Shown: positions 26,616 through 38,518 of the stretch, piece after piece
How positions within the stretch are numbered: the stretch's first letter is position 1
How the letters are laid out: each line of letters opens with the position of its first letter
Source of the DNA: Eledone cirrhosa
Lineage: Eukaryota
Direction of reading: 5' to 3'
Length of the DNA: 64,000 nt
Assembly: GCA_964016885.1 (NCBI GenBank)
Contig: OZ024755.1
Span: forward strand, 24,800,001-24,864,000
Notes under the pieces: generated by a model
Database searches by the model: none
Told to the model about the DNA's origin: nothing
Seen by the model: only the letters and a program-made list of their open reading frames with translations
Translations under genes and position numbers: made by a program

Positions 26616-28369
26616 TGGCTTTTCTTCAGAGAAGTATCTTAGATGGTTGTAAATTTATGTGTATCTGTGTATATGTATGCATGTGTTGGGGTGGGGGTGA
26701 ATTGGATCTCCATCGTTTCCGACGAGGAGTGTTCTAGTGGTTCATCATCGAAATACCCTGTTTGTGAAATTAACGTGTACTCTTAACAGTTCCTGAAGCT
26801 ATGGTAAATGGCACTTTCCTAAGATTCCACACCAAATGCAATGATAATAAATAACAGTCACAGCCGTAACAAAGACCTCCCCGTACAGATCCGCGTATGT
26901 TGAAAACTGCATGTTTATTAAACCGTGTAAGATGCGGATACATTATATTGCAGAATCATAACTAAGGCTATTATTTAATAAGAATTACATCACCGTTAAC
27001 GTTGTAGTTGTCGTCGTCATCATCATAATTATTACCACCATTCATGGCGACATACACAATGGTAGCTACAACAGTTACAGCCGTAACAATTACTCCCACT
27101 CAGCATGCATATATTCAAACCCGCACTATATAAAACCGTGTAAAATGCGGTCCGATTGCATGGGTTTGTCTTCATCTATATATAAATTTCTGCGATTCTG
27201 TCACAACACGTAAAGAGAGAGGAGTAGTTTGACCACCTCATACTACTCCTCTATCTTTACGTCTGCTGCCTGCGTGAATGTACGTGTGTGTAAAAGGAAG
27301 GAAGGGGATGATGAAAAAACTACGCTGTGTGCGAGTGTATGTGTATGTGTGTGTTTGTGTAAATGTATGTGTGTGTGTGTGTGTTTGTGTGAATGTCTGT
27401 GAGTGTATATTTTTATAAGTGTGACTGTGTTTGCGCGTTTATATTTATCTATTCATACATATAAATGTATGCATATGCATAAATGCACATACACAGACGC
27501 GTCAGCATATGAAAAAAAAAATCTAGTTCAAATTTTTCGTTAATACTGAATCAAATACTGATTACAGTAATGGGATGGTAGAACGGGACACATTAGATAT
27601 AGCTTTGTTATTATATTTTGTTGTACTAAAAATATGATGAGATAATAAATGCGATTTGATAATAAAAACATGCTTTAACCAAGGATGATATATACATCCT
27701 TTGTTGTTGTTGTTATTTCATTACTTGATAGAATTGGTAGAGCAACGGAGGAAATATCTGGTGCTAGAGGTATTAAGTTACTGCTTACTACTTACGTTTC
27801 AGAATCCAAATCAGGGTGGAGTGAGGGTGGGATTTTGCCGCCCTGACCAGGAATCGAAGACAGGATGTCTATCCCTACCACCTTAACGACTAAGCTACAC
27901 GTTTTCACATGATATAGTTATTGAGTGTTAAGTAATTTAACTACGGTCAAAATAAAAATTACAGTGACAGAGTGTGAACCCTTTACCCAGAAATTTACAT
28001 GTCTGTTTGACTTCAGTAACAATCTTTTTAAAACTAGTATTGTATTTACTCTTGAAGTTTCTATCTCTCTTTACCTTCTGACTGAGAAGGCTATTTTATA
28101 AACCATTGTTATGGGCACAGGAGAAGAAAATATGGAAAAAGAGAGGCCATAGAACATCTGGTAGCGAACATTTCAAGAGGACCACAGACAGAAATTATTC
28201 GAACAGGCACAGAGAAAACTGTGGAAGTTCAACCGTGCTGGTGGAGTCTTGCTACCTTCTGTATCTCAAACACTTGTTCTATTACTGTATTCCTCTATTT
28301 TTTACTGGATTTTTTTTTGTAAAACCCTGTCTTTTTGTATTGGCCCCTATATGTAGGTGTCCAATAAAA

Positions 28370-28800
28370 CGTTGGCAGTATCGGTTGGGCTTCGGACAAC
28401 ATGCTTTGCAGTCCCTTTACGATCTGAGTTCAAATCCTGCCGAGGTTAGCTTTGCCTTTCATCCTTACGGGGTCGATAAAATAAAGCACCAGTAATGCAC
28501 TGAGGTCGATTTAATCAACTTTCCCATCCCCCCAAATTGTTGGCCTTGTTCCTAAAGTAGAAACAATTATTATTATTAAGGTGATGGATTGGCAGAATCG
28601 GTAGAGCGTCGGACACCATGATTTGTGACATAGAATTACGGCCCTTTATGTTCTGAGTTCAAATCCCGCCGAGGTTAGCTTTGCATTTCAACCTTACTGG
28701 GTCGATAAAATAAAGTACCAGTAATACACTGGAGTCGATTTAATCGACTATTCCTCTCCCCCAAAATTGTTGGCCTTGTTCCTAAATCAGGAACCATTAT
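28370..28800 (+). mobile_element. Two tandem SINE copies
   Basis: ctgagttcaaatcc.gccgaggttagctttgc.tttca.ccttac.gggtcgataaaataaag.accagtaat occurs twice, each with an (att)n tail. Confidence 0.85.
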
Positions 28801-29169
28801 TATCATTATTGTTGGTGTTTGAAGTGAAAAGACTATTGTGAACTCCCGTAACTTTGTTATTTCAACGTGTTTAAATCCTTTTGTTGTTAATATTCCTTGT
28901 TTCAAAAGGAGCATAAGACTTTAGTCTTAGCACTCTAGAAGGGACTTCCCATAATATTTGGTCCTTGGGCGATTTCATCAGTGTTATCTGCAGAATTATG
29001 TAATAGGATTACGTTGGACCCAAACATTGTATAGGAAATAGAAAAAAAATAGAAGATAGAAAATAGAAAATCCGATTCAGGGACAGCCTGCTAGTTTGGT
29101 GTTATATCGATAGCAGACGGTCATATATAACTTTATAATATATGTGTATATATATGTATATACATATAC

Positions 29170-29460
29170 TCAGCTCACAATCGCAGGGGCGTGAGTTCGA
29201 TTCCTGGCGGTGGTGTGTTCTTCAGCAAGACACTTTATTTCACGTTGCTCCAGTCCACTCAGCTGGCAAAAATGGGTTGTGCCTGTAATTCGAAGGGTCA
29301 ACCTTGTCACATTTTGTGTCACGCTGAATCTTCTTGAGAATTACGTTAAGGGTACGCGTGTTTGTGGAATGCTCAGCCACTTGCACGTTAATTTCACCAG
29401 CAGGCTGTTCCGTTTATTGTATCAACTGGAACACTCGTCGTCGTAACCGACGGAGTGTCA
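29170..29460 (+). mobile_element. Second SINE family (tRNA-derived head)
   Basis: B-box-like gagttcgattcc followed by ...agcaagacactttatttcacgttgctcc.... Related minus-strand copies lie at about 25620-25745 and 61900-61985. Confidence 0.75.
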
Positions 29461-29464
29461 ATAT

Positions 29465-29507
<43 letters not shown>

Positions 29508-30133
29508 CATGCGACCTTTCTTTTATAAATATGTTGTTGAGGATGTGCTTCATTTAGAGTTACATTTTCTTGAAAGAAAGGTGCTTATAAAGTATAACAC
29601 ACACACACATGTGTATGAAGTGATTTGAAATCAGTTCAGGTATGCTGGCATTTTGACGTCACTATAGGCAATTTCCATAGCATCAGTCAACTAACACGAC
29701 AACAACAGCATCAGTACAAGCTATACAGAAAACTGACCCACTAGGTTCCATGTACATAACCTGTCATGCTCAGCTGCACCCACCTGCCTTCCTACTAAGC
29801 CTAATATCGCGTTACAAACGCTTACATTCTTAACACCTCTCGTTTTCAGTGAGAATTTGGACCACCTAGCTAACAAAAACACAAAACACTCACACTCAAT
29901 TATACGTCAATGGCGCTGCTGGACTTTTACCGTTTTCAATAATCTTTGAGACAAGCCAAGGTATTCGACGCGTTGCCGTGGTTGATAGCGAGGCTAAGCT
30001 GTTGAAATACCCAATGATCCTCGCGAACACTCCTCTGATATTTCTTAACTAGAGCTCTGATATTTCTTAACTAGAGCTATTAACACATTATTTGTAAGCA
30101 CCAGTTTAACTTTACAGATAAATACACACGTCA

Positions 30134-30197
30134 ATGGAATTTTACTTGGTTCTTTCAATTTTGTATACTTCTATAAAAATTCTATTGTTTCGAAGTA
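30134..30197 (+). CDS. Gene C first coding exon: signal peptide
   Basis: Acceptor ttaactttacag| at 30117 and ATG at 30134 give MEFYLVLSILYTSIKILLFRS plus A|gtaagt donor (phase 1). A+CT at the 37626 acceptor gives ...FRSTEA-RS, a plausible signal cleavage site. Confidence 0.68.
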
Positions 30198-30446
30198 GTA
30201 AGTATATACATTGTTTTCTTTGTTTTTGTAATTAATGTGCAGCGACGTAAGGGAAACAGCATTCACACGATTTTATTTATTAGAGACCCTGTAGTATGCA
30301 TGTTACATATTTTATCAATCTTTTTTTTATCAAACAGTTAAGTTTACTTAATGGTCGTAACTCGAATACCAAATATTAGTTTCTGATTTAGGCACATTTT
30401 TTGAGGAGGGAAAAGTCAATCAAATCGAACCCAGTGCGTTATTGGT

Positions 30447-31040
30447 ACCATAAACCAGGGTTACTTTGAATGATTTTAGTCAATTTTGTATCTTTCATGC
30501 AGCATAGCTCAATTTTTTGTTGACGGATGTTGCTAATATAGAGATAATTCTATGAAGCTTTATCATATGCAACTTTTGTCAAAGAATTGTAAAAATATCT
30601 AAATTCGTTATATAGTTATTGACAAGTCTTAGAATATTAAACATAACTACATTACTGAGTATAAGACATTTTATTGATATTTTAATTGAAGTAAGGATAA
30701 ATTTCACAGAAATAATGACAAAAAAAGAATATTTAATTATACATACGACTAATAGAGTGATATATATGATTACACTTCAAAACAGTTTTCAGGAAGTGTG
30801 AAATATGAATCGAAATGTTCATTTTATTCCCAAAAGTCACACAAGTAGTAGTCTTGGCCAAGTTCAGAGCGAGTACCAGCTTCATGGCACCAGTTTCTAC
30901 ATTTATGGCACTGGATCCAGTCTTCATTTGGAGGCTCAATATACGGTTCTTCGCAAATAATACACCTGTATTTTGAGCTTTGCGCTTGCCCTTTGTCTGA
31001 TTCCTCATTGAACCTATCCCTGTGTCCCAGCAAATAAGTG
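30447..31040 (-). mobile_element. DNA-transposon remnant encoding a degenerate PHD finger (pogo/Tigger-like)
   Basis: ORF 30824-31033 reads CIICEEPY..EDWIQCHKCRNWCHEAG..YYLCDFW, a C4HC3 pattern with two Cys lost. Similar PHD fingers end invertebrate DDE_1 transposases. A TIR-like ccataaaccagggttactttga lies at about 30448 (inference). Confidence 0.6.
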
Positions 31041-31474
31041 AATTTTCTGGTTGTAAAATTGAATATTTGACAGGGATAGTGGATGTTCGCCCATATCTAA
31101 CCCAGCATATATATAAAAACTCCGCTATATATCATAAATAATTATAAACGCGGGACATTTTAAAACATTCGAAGTATGTTTGGCGTGATTGACAAAAAGT
31201 ATGAATTACACGGATTTTATATCTGAAGCATACATCCAATTGAAAAATAATTTACAGAATCAATTAAAAACATATTAACAATGTATCAAATGTAAAAATA
31301 TATACAAAACACACATTCATTCCCTTTGATCAGACTGTAAGTTGATAGTCAATATTTCAGCGTCTGCGTGAGTCCTACATAATTTACATATTTTTACGGA
31401 GTTTAAAATCATTTAAAGAAAATCCTTTAAAAGATAGTTTAAATGATAATGAAAGTTTCGATATATCAAGACAT

Positions 31475-31661
31475 CTTTTCTAAAGTAATAATTGTTTCTA
31501 CTTTTGGCACAAGGCTAGCAATTACCCAGTACATTACTGGTACTTTATTTTATCGACCCCGTAAGGATGAAAGGCAAAGTTAACCTCAGCGGGATTTGAA
31601 CTCAGGTCGTAAAGGGACGTAACTACGCTGGAAAGCATGTCTACTTTTCTAAAGTAATAAT
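31475..31661 (-). mobile_element. 5'-truncated SINE with 18-bp TSD
   Basis: cttttctaaagtaataat at 31475-31492 and 31644-31661 flanks the SINE core. Confidence 0.85.
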
Positions 31662-32331
31662 ATTTAAGAAACTATGATGGCGTAAAGAATTTTTAATGTT
31701 TTTTTCAACGTAGCCCAGAACGTTCAAAGTAATTTTATCGAGCCCGTAAGGATGAAAGGCAAAGCTAACCTCAGTGGGATTTGAACACAGGACTGTAAAG
31801 GTACATAACTCTATGCCGCAAACCATGTAGTCCAACGTTCTACCGATCTATTTATCGGTTCTTCATCCTGTCGACACAAGACACATACACACACACAACC
31901 AGGCACTCGGGAAAATAGACACGCACATTTGTATATCTATGATAAAGTTATATCTGTATAAATATAGAGACTTTAACCGAGACTGCACCAACGTGTATAA
32001 ATATATACACATATCTAATATGTAGGTATGTAAACATGCCAGAAAATGCGAATTTCCCTGTAAATTGAAACAAATGCTAAACACCTTTAATAGATTTTTG
32101 TATTTTAATGAATCCTCATCAAAATCATCCAATCTACCACAAGGAAACATGTATTGACTGCACAAATGTGTATAAATGTATACACACATCTAACATGATT
32201 GGATGGTATACATATATTTTGGAGCTTTCAATAAAATCCGAAAATCGTTAAAAGATTTTTATCATTTTTTTCAATTTACAGGGAAATTCGTATTTTATCC
32301 ATTCTGTATGTGCGCGCGCGCGCGCGCGCGC

Positions 32332-32393
<62 letters not shown>

Positions 32394-32740
32394 TCGGTAT
32401 ACAAGGATGTAATTGACTTCTAGCACTCAATGCCATATTCCCAATGACAGGGGTGACGGAGAGTGTGTGTGTGTGTATATGTGTGTGTGTATTATGTCGG
32501 GTCACTCTCGAGTGCTACTGGTAATATGTAACCCAGTACAACCTGTCGCATGCTCGGGTCGTCGGCGACTAAACCGGCAACCCCACCATGTTTACTTGGT
32601 GAGGAGGGTGATTTTGGACACAGTGCAGGACAAAAAAAACAGAATCTGACAAAGAGCGGAAGAACTCATAAGAGTCAACGGCCATCCAAAAATGTGTAAA
32701 TATGTATATACATATGTATATGTATATGTATGTGTGCATG

Positions 32741-32771
<31 letters not shown>

Positions 32772-33231
32772 AAGGACATAAAAATAATCGGGCTGGATAC
32801 CCGATCGCGCGGTTAAACCACTGGGAGTGAAGGATCCCTAGCCTTTGTCAGGGCATTCTTCTAGGAGAAGGCAACTCAGGAAACTGGGATAACTCCGATA
32901 TAAAACCTGCGGCTCAATATTTACCGATGATGTTGATCTTTTCTTCTTTTCGGGTTATAGCTACTGTCGCTCAGAGAGTGGGATTGGCTCAGTGCACAGT
33001 CTTACCTCACTTTAAAAAATATCTTCACCGCACAGGCATTGCACGATAGCATTAATTAATAATTATTAATAATATTATATCGTGCAATGGCTATACTCGA
33101 TGACGAGGGGGAAGCCTGTATGTATGTGTGTATGTATGTATGTATGTATGTGTGTGTGTGACACCTTAGGCATGTGTCTTCTACTATAAACTCGCAAGTG
33201 GAATTTGGCAGATGGAAACTGCAGAAATCCG

Positions 33232-33288
<57 letters not shown>

Positions 33289-33349
33289 AATAAACAGAAG
33301 TGTGTTGGTGCATAGAAGTGACTGGAAGAAGGAAATAAAGAAAGACGAT

Positions 33350-34560
33350 ATATATATCGTGAACACAGCCCCGAGATACTTGAACTTCTCCACCTGCTTC
33401 AGTGGAATTCCATTTATATATAGAGTGCACTGCGCAGACTTCCTTGAGGGGACGAGTGTCTCAGTTTTCGCAGCACTGATTTTCATTCCATCCATGCAAC
33501 ACTCGGCATCAAACCTATCGAGTGCATGTCGGAGATCACCTGTCAAGTTAAGTAATACCATATCATATGCAAATTCCAGTCGACTAAATTAACATCCACC
33601 AGTCGTGAAACCACTTCCAATCCGGCTGCACATGTCAATCCTGTTCATGTAAATAATTGTTTGTACTTTAGGCACAAGGCCAGCAATTACTCAGTGCATT
33701 ACTGGTACTTTATTTTATCGACCCCGTAAGGATGAATGGCAAAGTCAAATAATGAACAGGAGAGGAGACAGTACGCACCCTTGGCAGAGTCCGATTCCCA
33801 TTTTGCATTGTTTTGATTTAGCACCATTTATCGAAGCACAATACTCGGGCATTCATATAAAAACATCAGGGCAACAAGGAGCTGACCATCAATCCCATAC
33901 TTCTGCAGAACCTTCCATAGTAGGTCCCGAGGAACGTGGTCATATGCCTTTTCGAGGTCGTCAAAACAAGTATATACCTCTTGGTAATACTCCCTCGATT
34001 TCTCGAATACCTGCCGCAGTGTGAATATCTGCTGTGCTGCCTCCGGGACAAAAACCTTATTATTCACCAGCTTACTTGGACTCGACAATCTCACTGCATC
34101 TCTTTGCCAGTCACATAGCATAGGCTTAACAGGGAGATCCCTCTGTAATTGGAACAATTTCTCTTGTTTCCCATTTTGAATATTAGGATTATCACTACCG
34201 ATTGCCATTGCTCTGGTGCCTTTCCAGAGATGCAGGCCACCCGGCACACACAAGCCAGCCAGAGAATATCTCTATTTAAGGCTTTTAACATCTCAGGTCG
34301 GATTTCATCTTCCTCGGCTGCCTTGCCTCATTTGAGCTCTTTAACTGTTCTTGTGAATAGAGAAGTCGTTTCCCCGAGGATAATGAGAGACATACTTTGG
34401 AAGAGCCATTCCAGCTCACGAGGCTCACACCTGCGGGTACCCAACTTCGTACTATGGTGGTGAGTAGGGAGGTGGTTCTAGGGCCAAGGTCACAAGAAGT
34501 CTCCGAACAGAAGCTACTGTATATGACACTTGCTCAACATGACACGCAGTACAACCTCCC
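33350..34560 (-). mobile_element. RTE LINE reverse transcriptase fragment (frameshifted, interrupted by a SINE)
   Basis: Minus-strand frames give NYRGISLLS, QIFTLRQVFEKSREYYQEVYTCFDDLEKAYDHVPRDLLWKVL and MKISAAKTETLV...VEKFKYLG. Confidence 0.9.
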
Positions 34561-34854
34561 AATTAATAGATTAATACGTAGATTGTAAACCAAGAATATA
34601 ACTAGGAATTTAAAAAATACAACTACACTCCTTGATGCATTCTAACTGCCTCTCTGCCAACCCCCCTATTTTGACATTTCATTAACATGTGGCATCACTC
34701 AAATTTCCTTTCTTTTTATTCCGATTATTAAACAAATTATTCTGGTTATTAGACAACTTTCGCGGTAGCTATTGGAGTATATAGCCGGATACACATTTCA
34801 CCTCAATCTGAATGTTTTCCAACAACAGAAATTAACAGTTACCAATTATATTTC

Positions 34855-34911
<57 letters not shown>

Positions 34912-34983
34912 CAAGAAAGTAAGTGTTGGTAAAATCCAGTACTTCAGTATGCGTATAGGAAACACTCAACGAAGATATAAGTT

Positions 34984-35188
34984 CCGGAGTTATAATTGTT
35001 TCTACTTTAGGCACAAGGCCAGCAATTACACAGTGCATTACTGGTACTTTATTTTATCGACCCCGTAAGGATGAAAGGCAAAGTCAACCTCGGCGGGATT
35101 TGAACTCAGATCGTAAAGGGACGTAACTATGCTGGAAAGCATGGTGTCTGACCCTCCACCGATACTGCCAATCCACCGGAGTTATAAT
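34984..35188 (-). mobile_element. SINE with 13-bp TSD
   Basis: ccggagttataat at 34984-34996 and 35176-35188. Confidence 0.85.
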
Positions 35189-35239
35189 AGTGACGAAACA
35201 TAAGTCAATTGCATGAACTCATAATCCTTTATTTACTGC

Positions 35240-35290
35240 TGTATATATTTCGATGATAGCCATTGAATGGCTATAGCCTCATCAGGAAGT
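35240..35290 (-). ncRNA. Hammerhead ribozyme-like motif
   Basis: Minus strand: CTGATGA-ggctatagccattcaatggctatcatc-GAAA-TATA-TA, inside the inverted repeat 35187-35214 / 35376-35403. Confidence 0.45.
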
Positions 35291-35470
35291 TAGTCAGTTC
35301 TTAGATATGCCAGTTCTGTGTGTATAGTGTATAGCCTTGGGACATATGTCCCCAGGCTCTGATACCATCAACACTATGCAATTGACTTATGTTTCGTCAC
35401 TATATATATATATATATATATATTTGGATAAGTCTCTAGCTGTGTCGTTCTCGATAAAAGTATTGGATAT

Positions 35471-35513
35471 GTAATCCTGAAGATTTCTAACAAGAATGAA
35501 ACGCGTAGATTAC
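35471..35513 (+). ncRNA. Minimal type-I hammerhead ribozyme-like motif
   Basis: gtaatc-CTGAAGA-tttc taacaa gaat-GAAA-CGCG-TA-gattac: perfect 6-bp stem I, palindromic stem III and a GUA cleavage triplet. The stem II closing pair is mismatched. Confidence 0.6.
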
Positions 35514-35939
35514 TTCCCTTACTTTTATCGAGAATCTCAAATTGTAATACGTGACGTATTCTATTCTATAGCGATTAGGTCTTCAAAATGTTTATTATAA
35601 ACATACAGAATATTTTCGAATATTCTATGTTTGTCTTCATATATATATATATATATATATATAAGTAGGTACACGTACATACACATATGTATACACACGT
35701 ACAGTAGTATGTATATATATATACATACATGCACACATATATATATGTACGTATGGATTCACCGAACATTTATTATAATGCCCGGTGTGTTTGTAAACAA
35801 ACATCCCGTATTAAGCCGTTTGTTCAACACTGACAAAGGAACGCTGTACTAGTTTCAAGCTTATTAGCTATCGTCAGCAACATACCTTCCTGCCAGATTG
35901 TTGAACGTATATACTTACCTTATGCATATTAACGGCTGT

Positions 35940-36400
<461 letters not shown>

Positions 36401-36409
36401 TATATGATA

Positions 36410-36995
36410 TAACACCTGCAACCCTGATGGTATCCAATGATGTTGACTTGTTCTTCTTTTTGGTAAATATCATCTTGGTTAAGAGAGTGGGACTGGCTTT
36501 GTGCAGTGCCTTTGCTCACTATCAAAGCTTCACGTCACAGGCATTGCTTTATATCTGGAGATCTCTCTGCACTTGTCGTCAAATGGTACCATGGGCCCAG
36601 CACTATGTGTCAGTAATTGTCACAAGTGTAATGTTTGTACCAGAGTTTTCAAGTCGCTGGCTGGACTAAAAGTCACACTCGTTCAGCGCATCGGTAGGGG
36701 TTCTCCTACATGGATATAAAGTAGTGGCCGTACTCGAAAACGAGTTGGCAGCCACCATGTATATATGTATGTATGTATATATGTATGTATATAGGAAAAT
36801 GTATGACCCCGGCGGCAGAGCTCAAGCCGTTACTACGGCTATTTCTGGGAAAAAGCCCAGAAATAGACGTCGAAACGGCTTGAGGTTTTCCCTTTGGGTC
36901 ATACATTTTCCTATTACCCACTCTACTACCCTAAGTATTGAGTACTCTGGTGCGTTATGGTCCATCTGGTTCCTTACCACAACTCCTTTGTTATG
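36410..36995. mobile_element. Modular microsatellite-flanked element family, third copy
   Basis: Shares modules with the 18283-19000 and 19981-20763 copies. Internal inverted repeat ataggaaaatgtatgaccc / gggtcatacattttcctat at 36791-36914. Confidence 0.7.
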
Positions 36996-37110
36996 TGTGT
37001 ATATATATATGTATATAATGTATGTATGTATATATGTATGTATATATGTATGTATATATGTACGTATATATATGTATGTATATATATGTATATATGTATA
37101 TATATATTTA

Positions 37111-37171
<61 letters not shown>

Positions 37172-37186
37172 GTATATATATATTTA

Positions 37187-37257
<71 letters not shown>

Positions 37258-37272
37258 GTATATATATATTTA

Positions 37273-37340
<68 letters not shown>

Positions 37341-37344
<4 letters not shown>

Positions 37345-37575
37345 AAAAATAGTCCTTCGTCAGTGATTTTCCAACCATCATTGGTATTTCATCGCATTAA
37401 AAATCATATACCTCAGGTTGGTGCGAGCAATAACTAAAAAAAGTTATTGGGACCAGTAAATCGCGTAAATAACTTTTTTTAGTTATTGCTCGCACCAACC
37501 TGAGGTATATGATTTTTAATGCGATGAAATACCAATGATGGTTGGACAATCACTGACGAAGGACTATTTTTATCA
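37341..37575. repeat. Inverted repeat with ~108-bp arms, flanked by (TA)n
   Basis: 37341-37448 is the reverse complement of 37468-37575 with about one mismatch and a 19-nt spacer. Confidence 0.92.
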
Positions 37576-37625
37576 TATATATATATATATATATTACTAT
37601 TTTCTTTTCGGTGGTGTCTTTACAG

Positions 37626-37996
37626 CTGAAGCAAGAAGTGTATTCCTCCTGATAGATGACATGAAACGAGACTTGCAATGCAATCCACACTGCAATATTA
37701 ATAACGAAACAATTTCAAGTTCTGCTGATGTGAGTGATAATACAATGTCAATCATGATGATTGTCGGTATTATTTCATTTATAATAATATTCATCTTGGG
37801 AGCAAGAATCGTAATGCCGGTGATAATTAAATATTTACGATATTCACGAAACCAAGAGAATGTCGAGATGTTTACCGATGCTATGGAATTGGACAACATC
37901 GGCGAAGAACAATCTTTAAACACAAAGGGAACACAACAAATTCCTCAGTTGGCTACAGTAAGAAAGGGGGAAACATATTTATTGGCTGCAGCTTAA
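37626..37996 (+). CDS. Gene C terminal exon: single-pass membrane protein ending in ...GETYLLAAA
   Basis: Acceptor gtctttacag|CT (phase 1). Reads EARSVFLLIDDMKRDLQCNPHCNINNETISSSADVSDNTMS-IMMIVGIISFIIIFILGARIVMPVII-KYLRYSR...PQLATVRKGETYLLAAA*, with an N-glycosylation sequon (NET). Joined protein is 144 aa. Confidence 0.8.
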
Positions 37997-38107
37997 CTAT
38001 CAACCTTGAATGTTTTATTTTTTTTACGAGAAACAGGGTCAAATCTTTATATAAGGAAATGTGGATATAGAGAATCACACTAGGACCTCGGTTATTAGTG
38101 GTTCTGG

Positions 38108-38185
<78 letters not shown>

Positions 38186-38268
38186 GTAAACAGAAATAAC
38201 AACCCAATCGGTACAGTATATGTAAGGGGTATATTAGGTTTACGCTTGATAAAGCAGGACGAGGGTCT

Positions 38269-38297
38269 TAACGTTTCGGACGCTAGCCCTTCATCAG
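38269..38297 (-). ncRNA. Hammerhead ribozyme-like core (stem I degenerate)
   Basis: Minus strand: CTGATGA-a-gggc tagc gtcc-GAAA-CGT-TA. A related degenerate copy lies at 626-664 (CTGAAGA-a-gggc taaa gccc-GACA-CG-TC). Confidence 0.45.
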
Positions 38298-38414
38298 ATG
38301 AAAGAATGAGAAATAAGATAGATTGAGGGGACGGGCGGGATGGAATTGGAAAAAATGGCTTGAGATAAAAATAACAGGTCCATTCATGTTGAATCTCTTG
38401 CAATATATATATAT

Positions 38415-38447
<33 letters not shown>

Positions 38448-38451
38448 CATA

Positions 38452-38518
<67 letters not shown>

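Noticed and set aside
26718-26765. Additional hammerhead-like motif (CCGACGA...GAAA)
   Set aside because: Core box is mutated and no clear stem I or III is present.
28085-28330. Open frames with hydrophobic ends as a fourth family member
   Set aside because: No convincing acceptor/donor pair in a matching phase and no shared motif; the supplied ORF runs into a SINE.
30824-31033. PHD finger as a host gene
   Set aside because: Two zinc ligands are lost, it is isolated, and its form matches transposase-associated PHD fingers.
35826-35907. Hydrophobic stretch [17 protein letters not shown] as the gene C signal exon
   Set aside because: In-frame stop upstream, no ATG and only a weak donor.
37535-37625. 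ORF-track N-terminus MMVGQSLTKD... of the 153-aa ORF
   Set aside because: It comes from an inverted-repeat arm and a TA tract; an acceptor at 37625 and an in-phase signal exon at 30134 explain the gene better.
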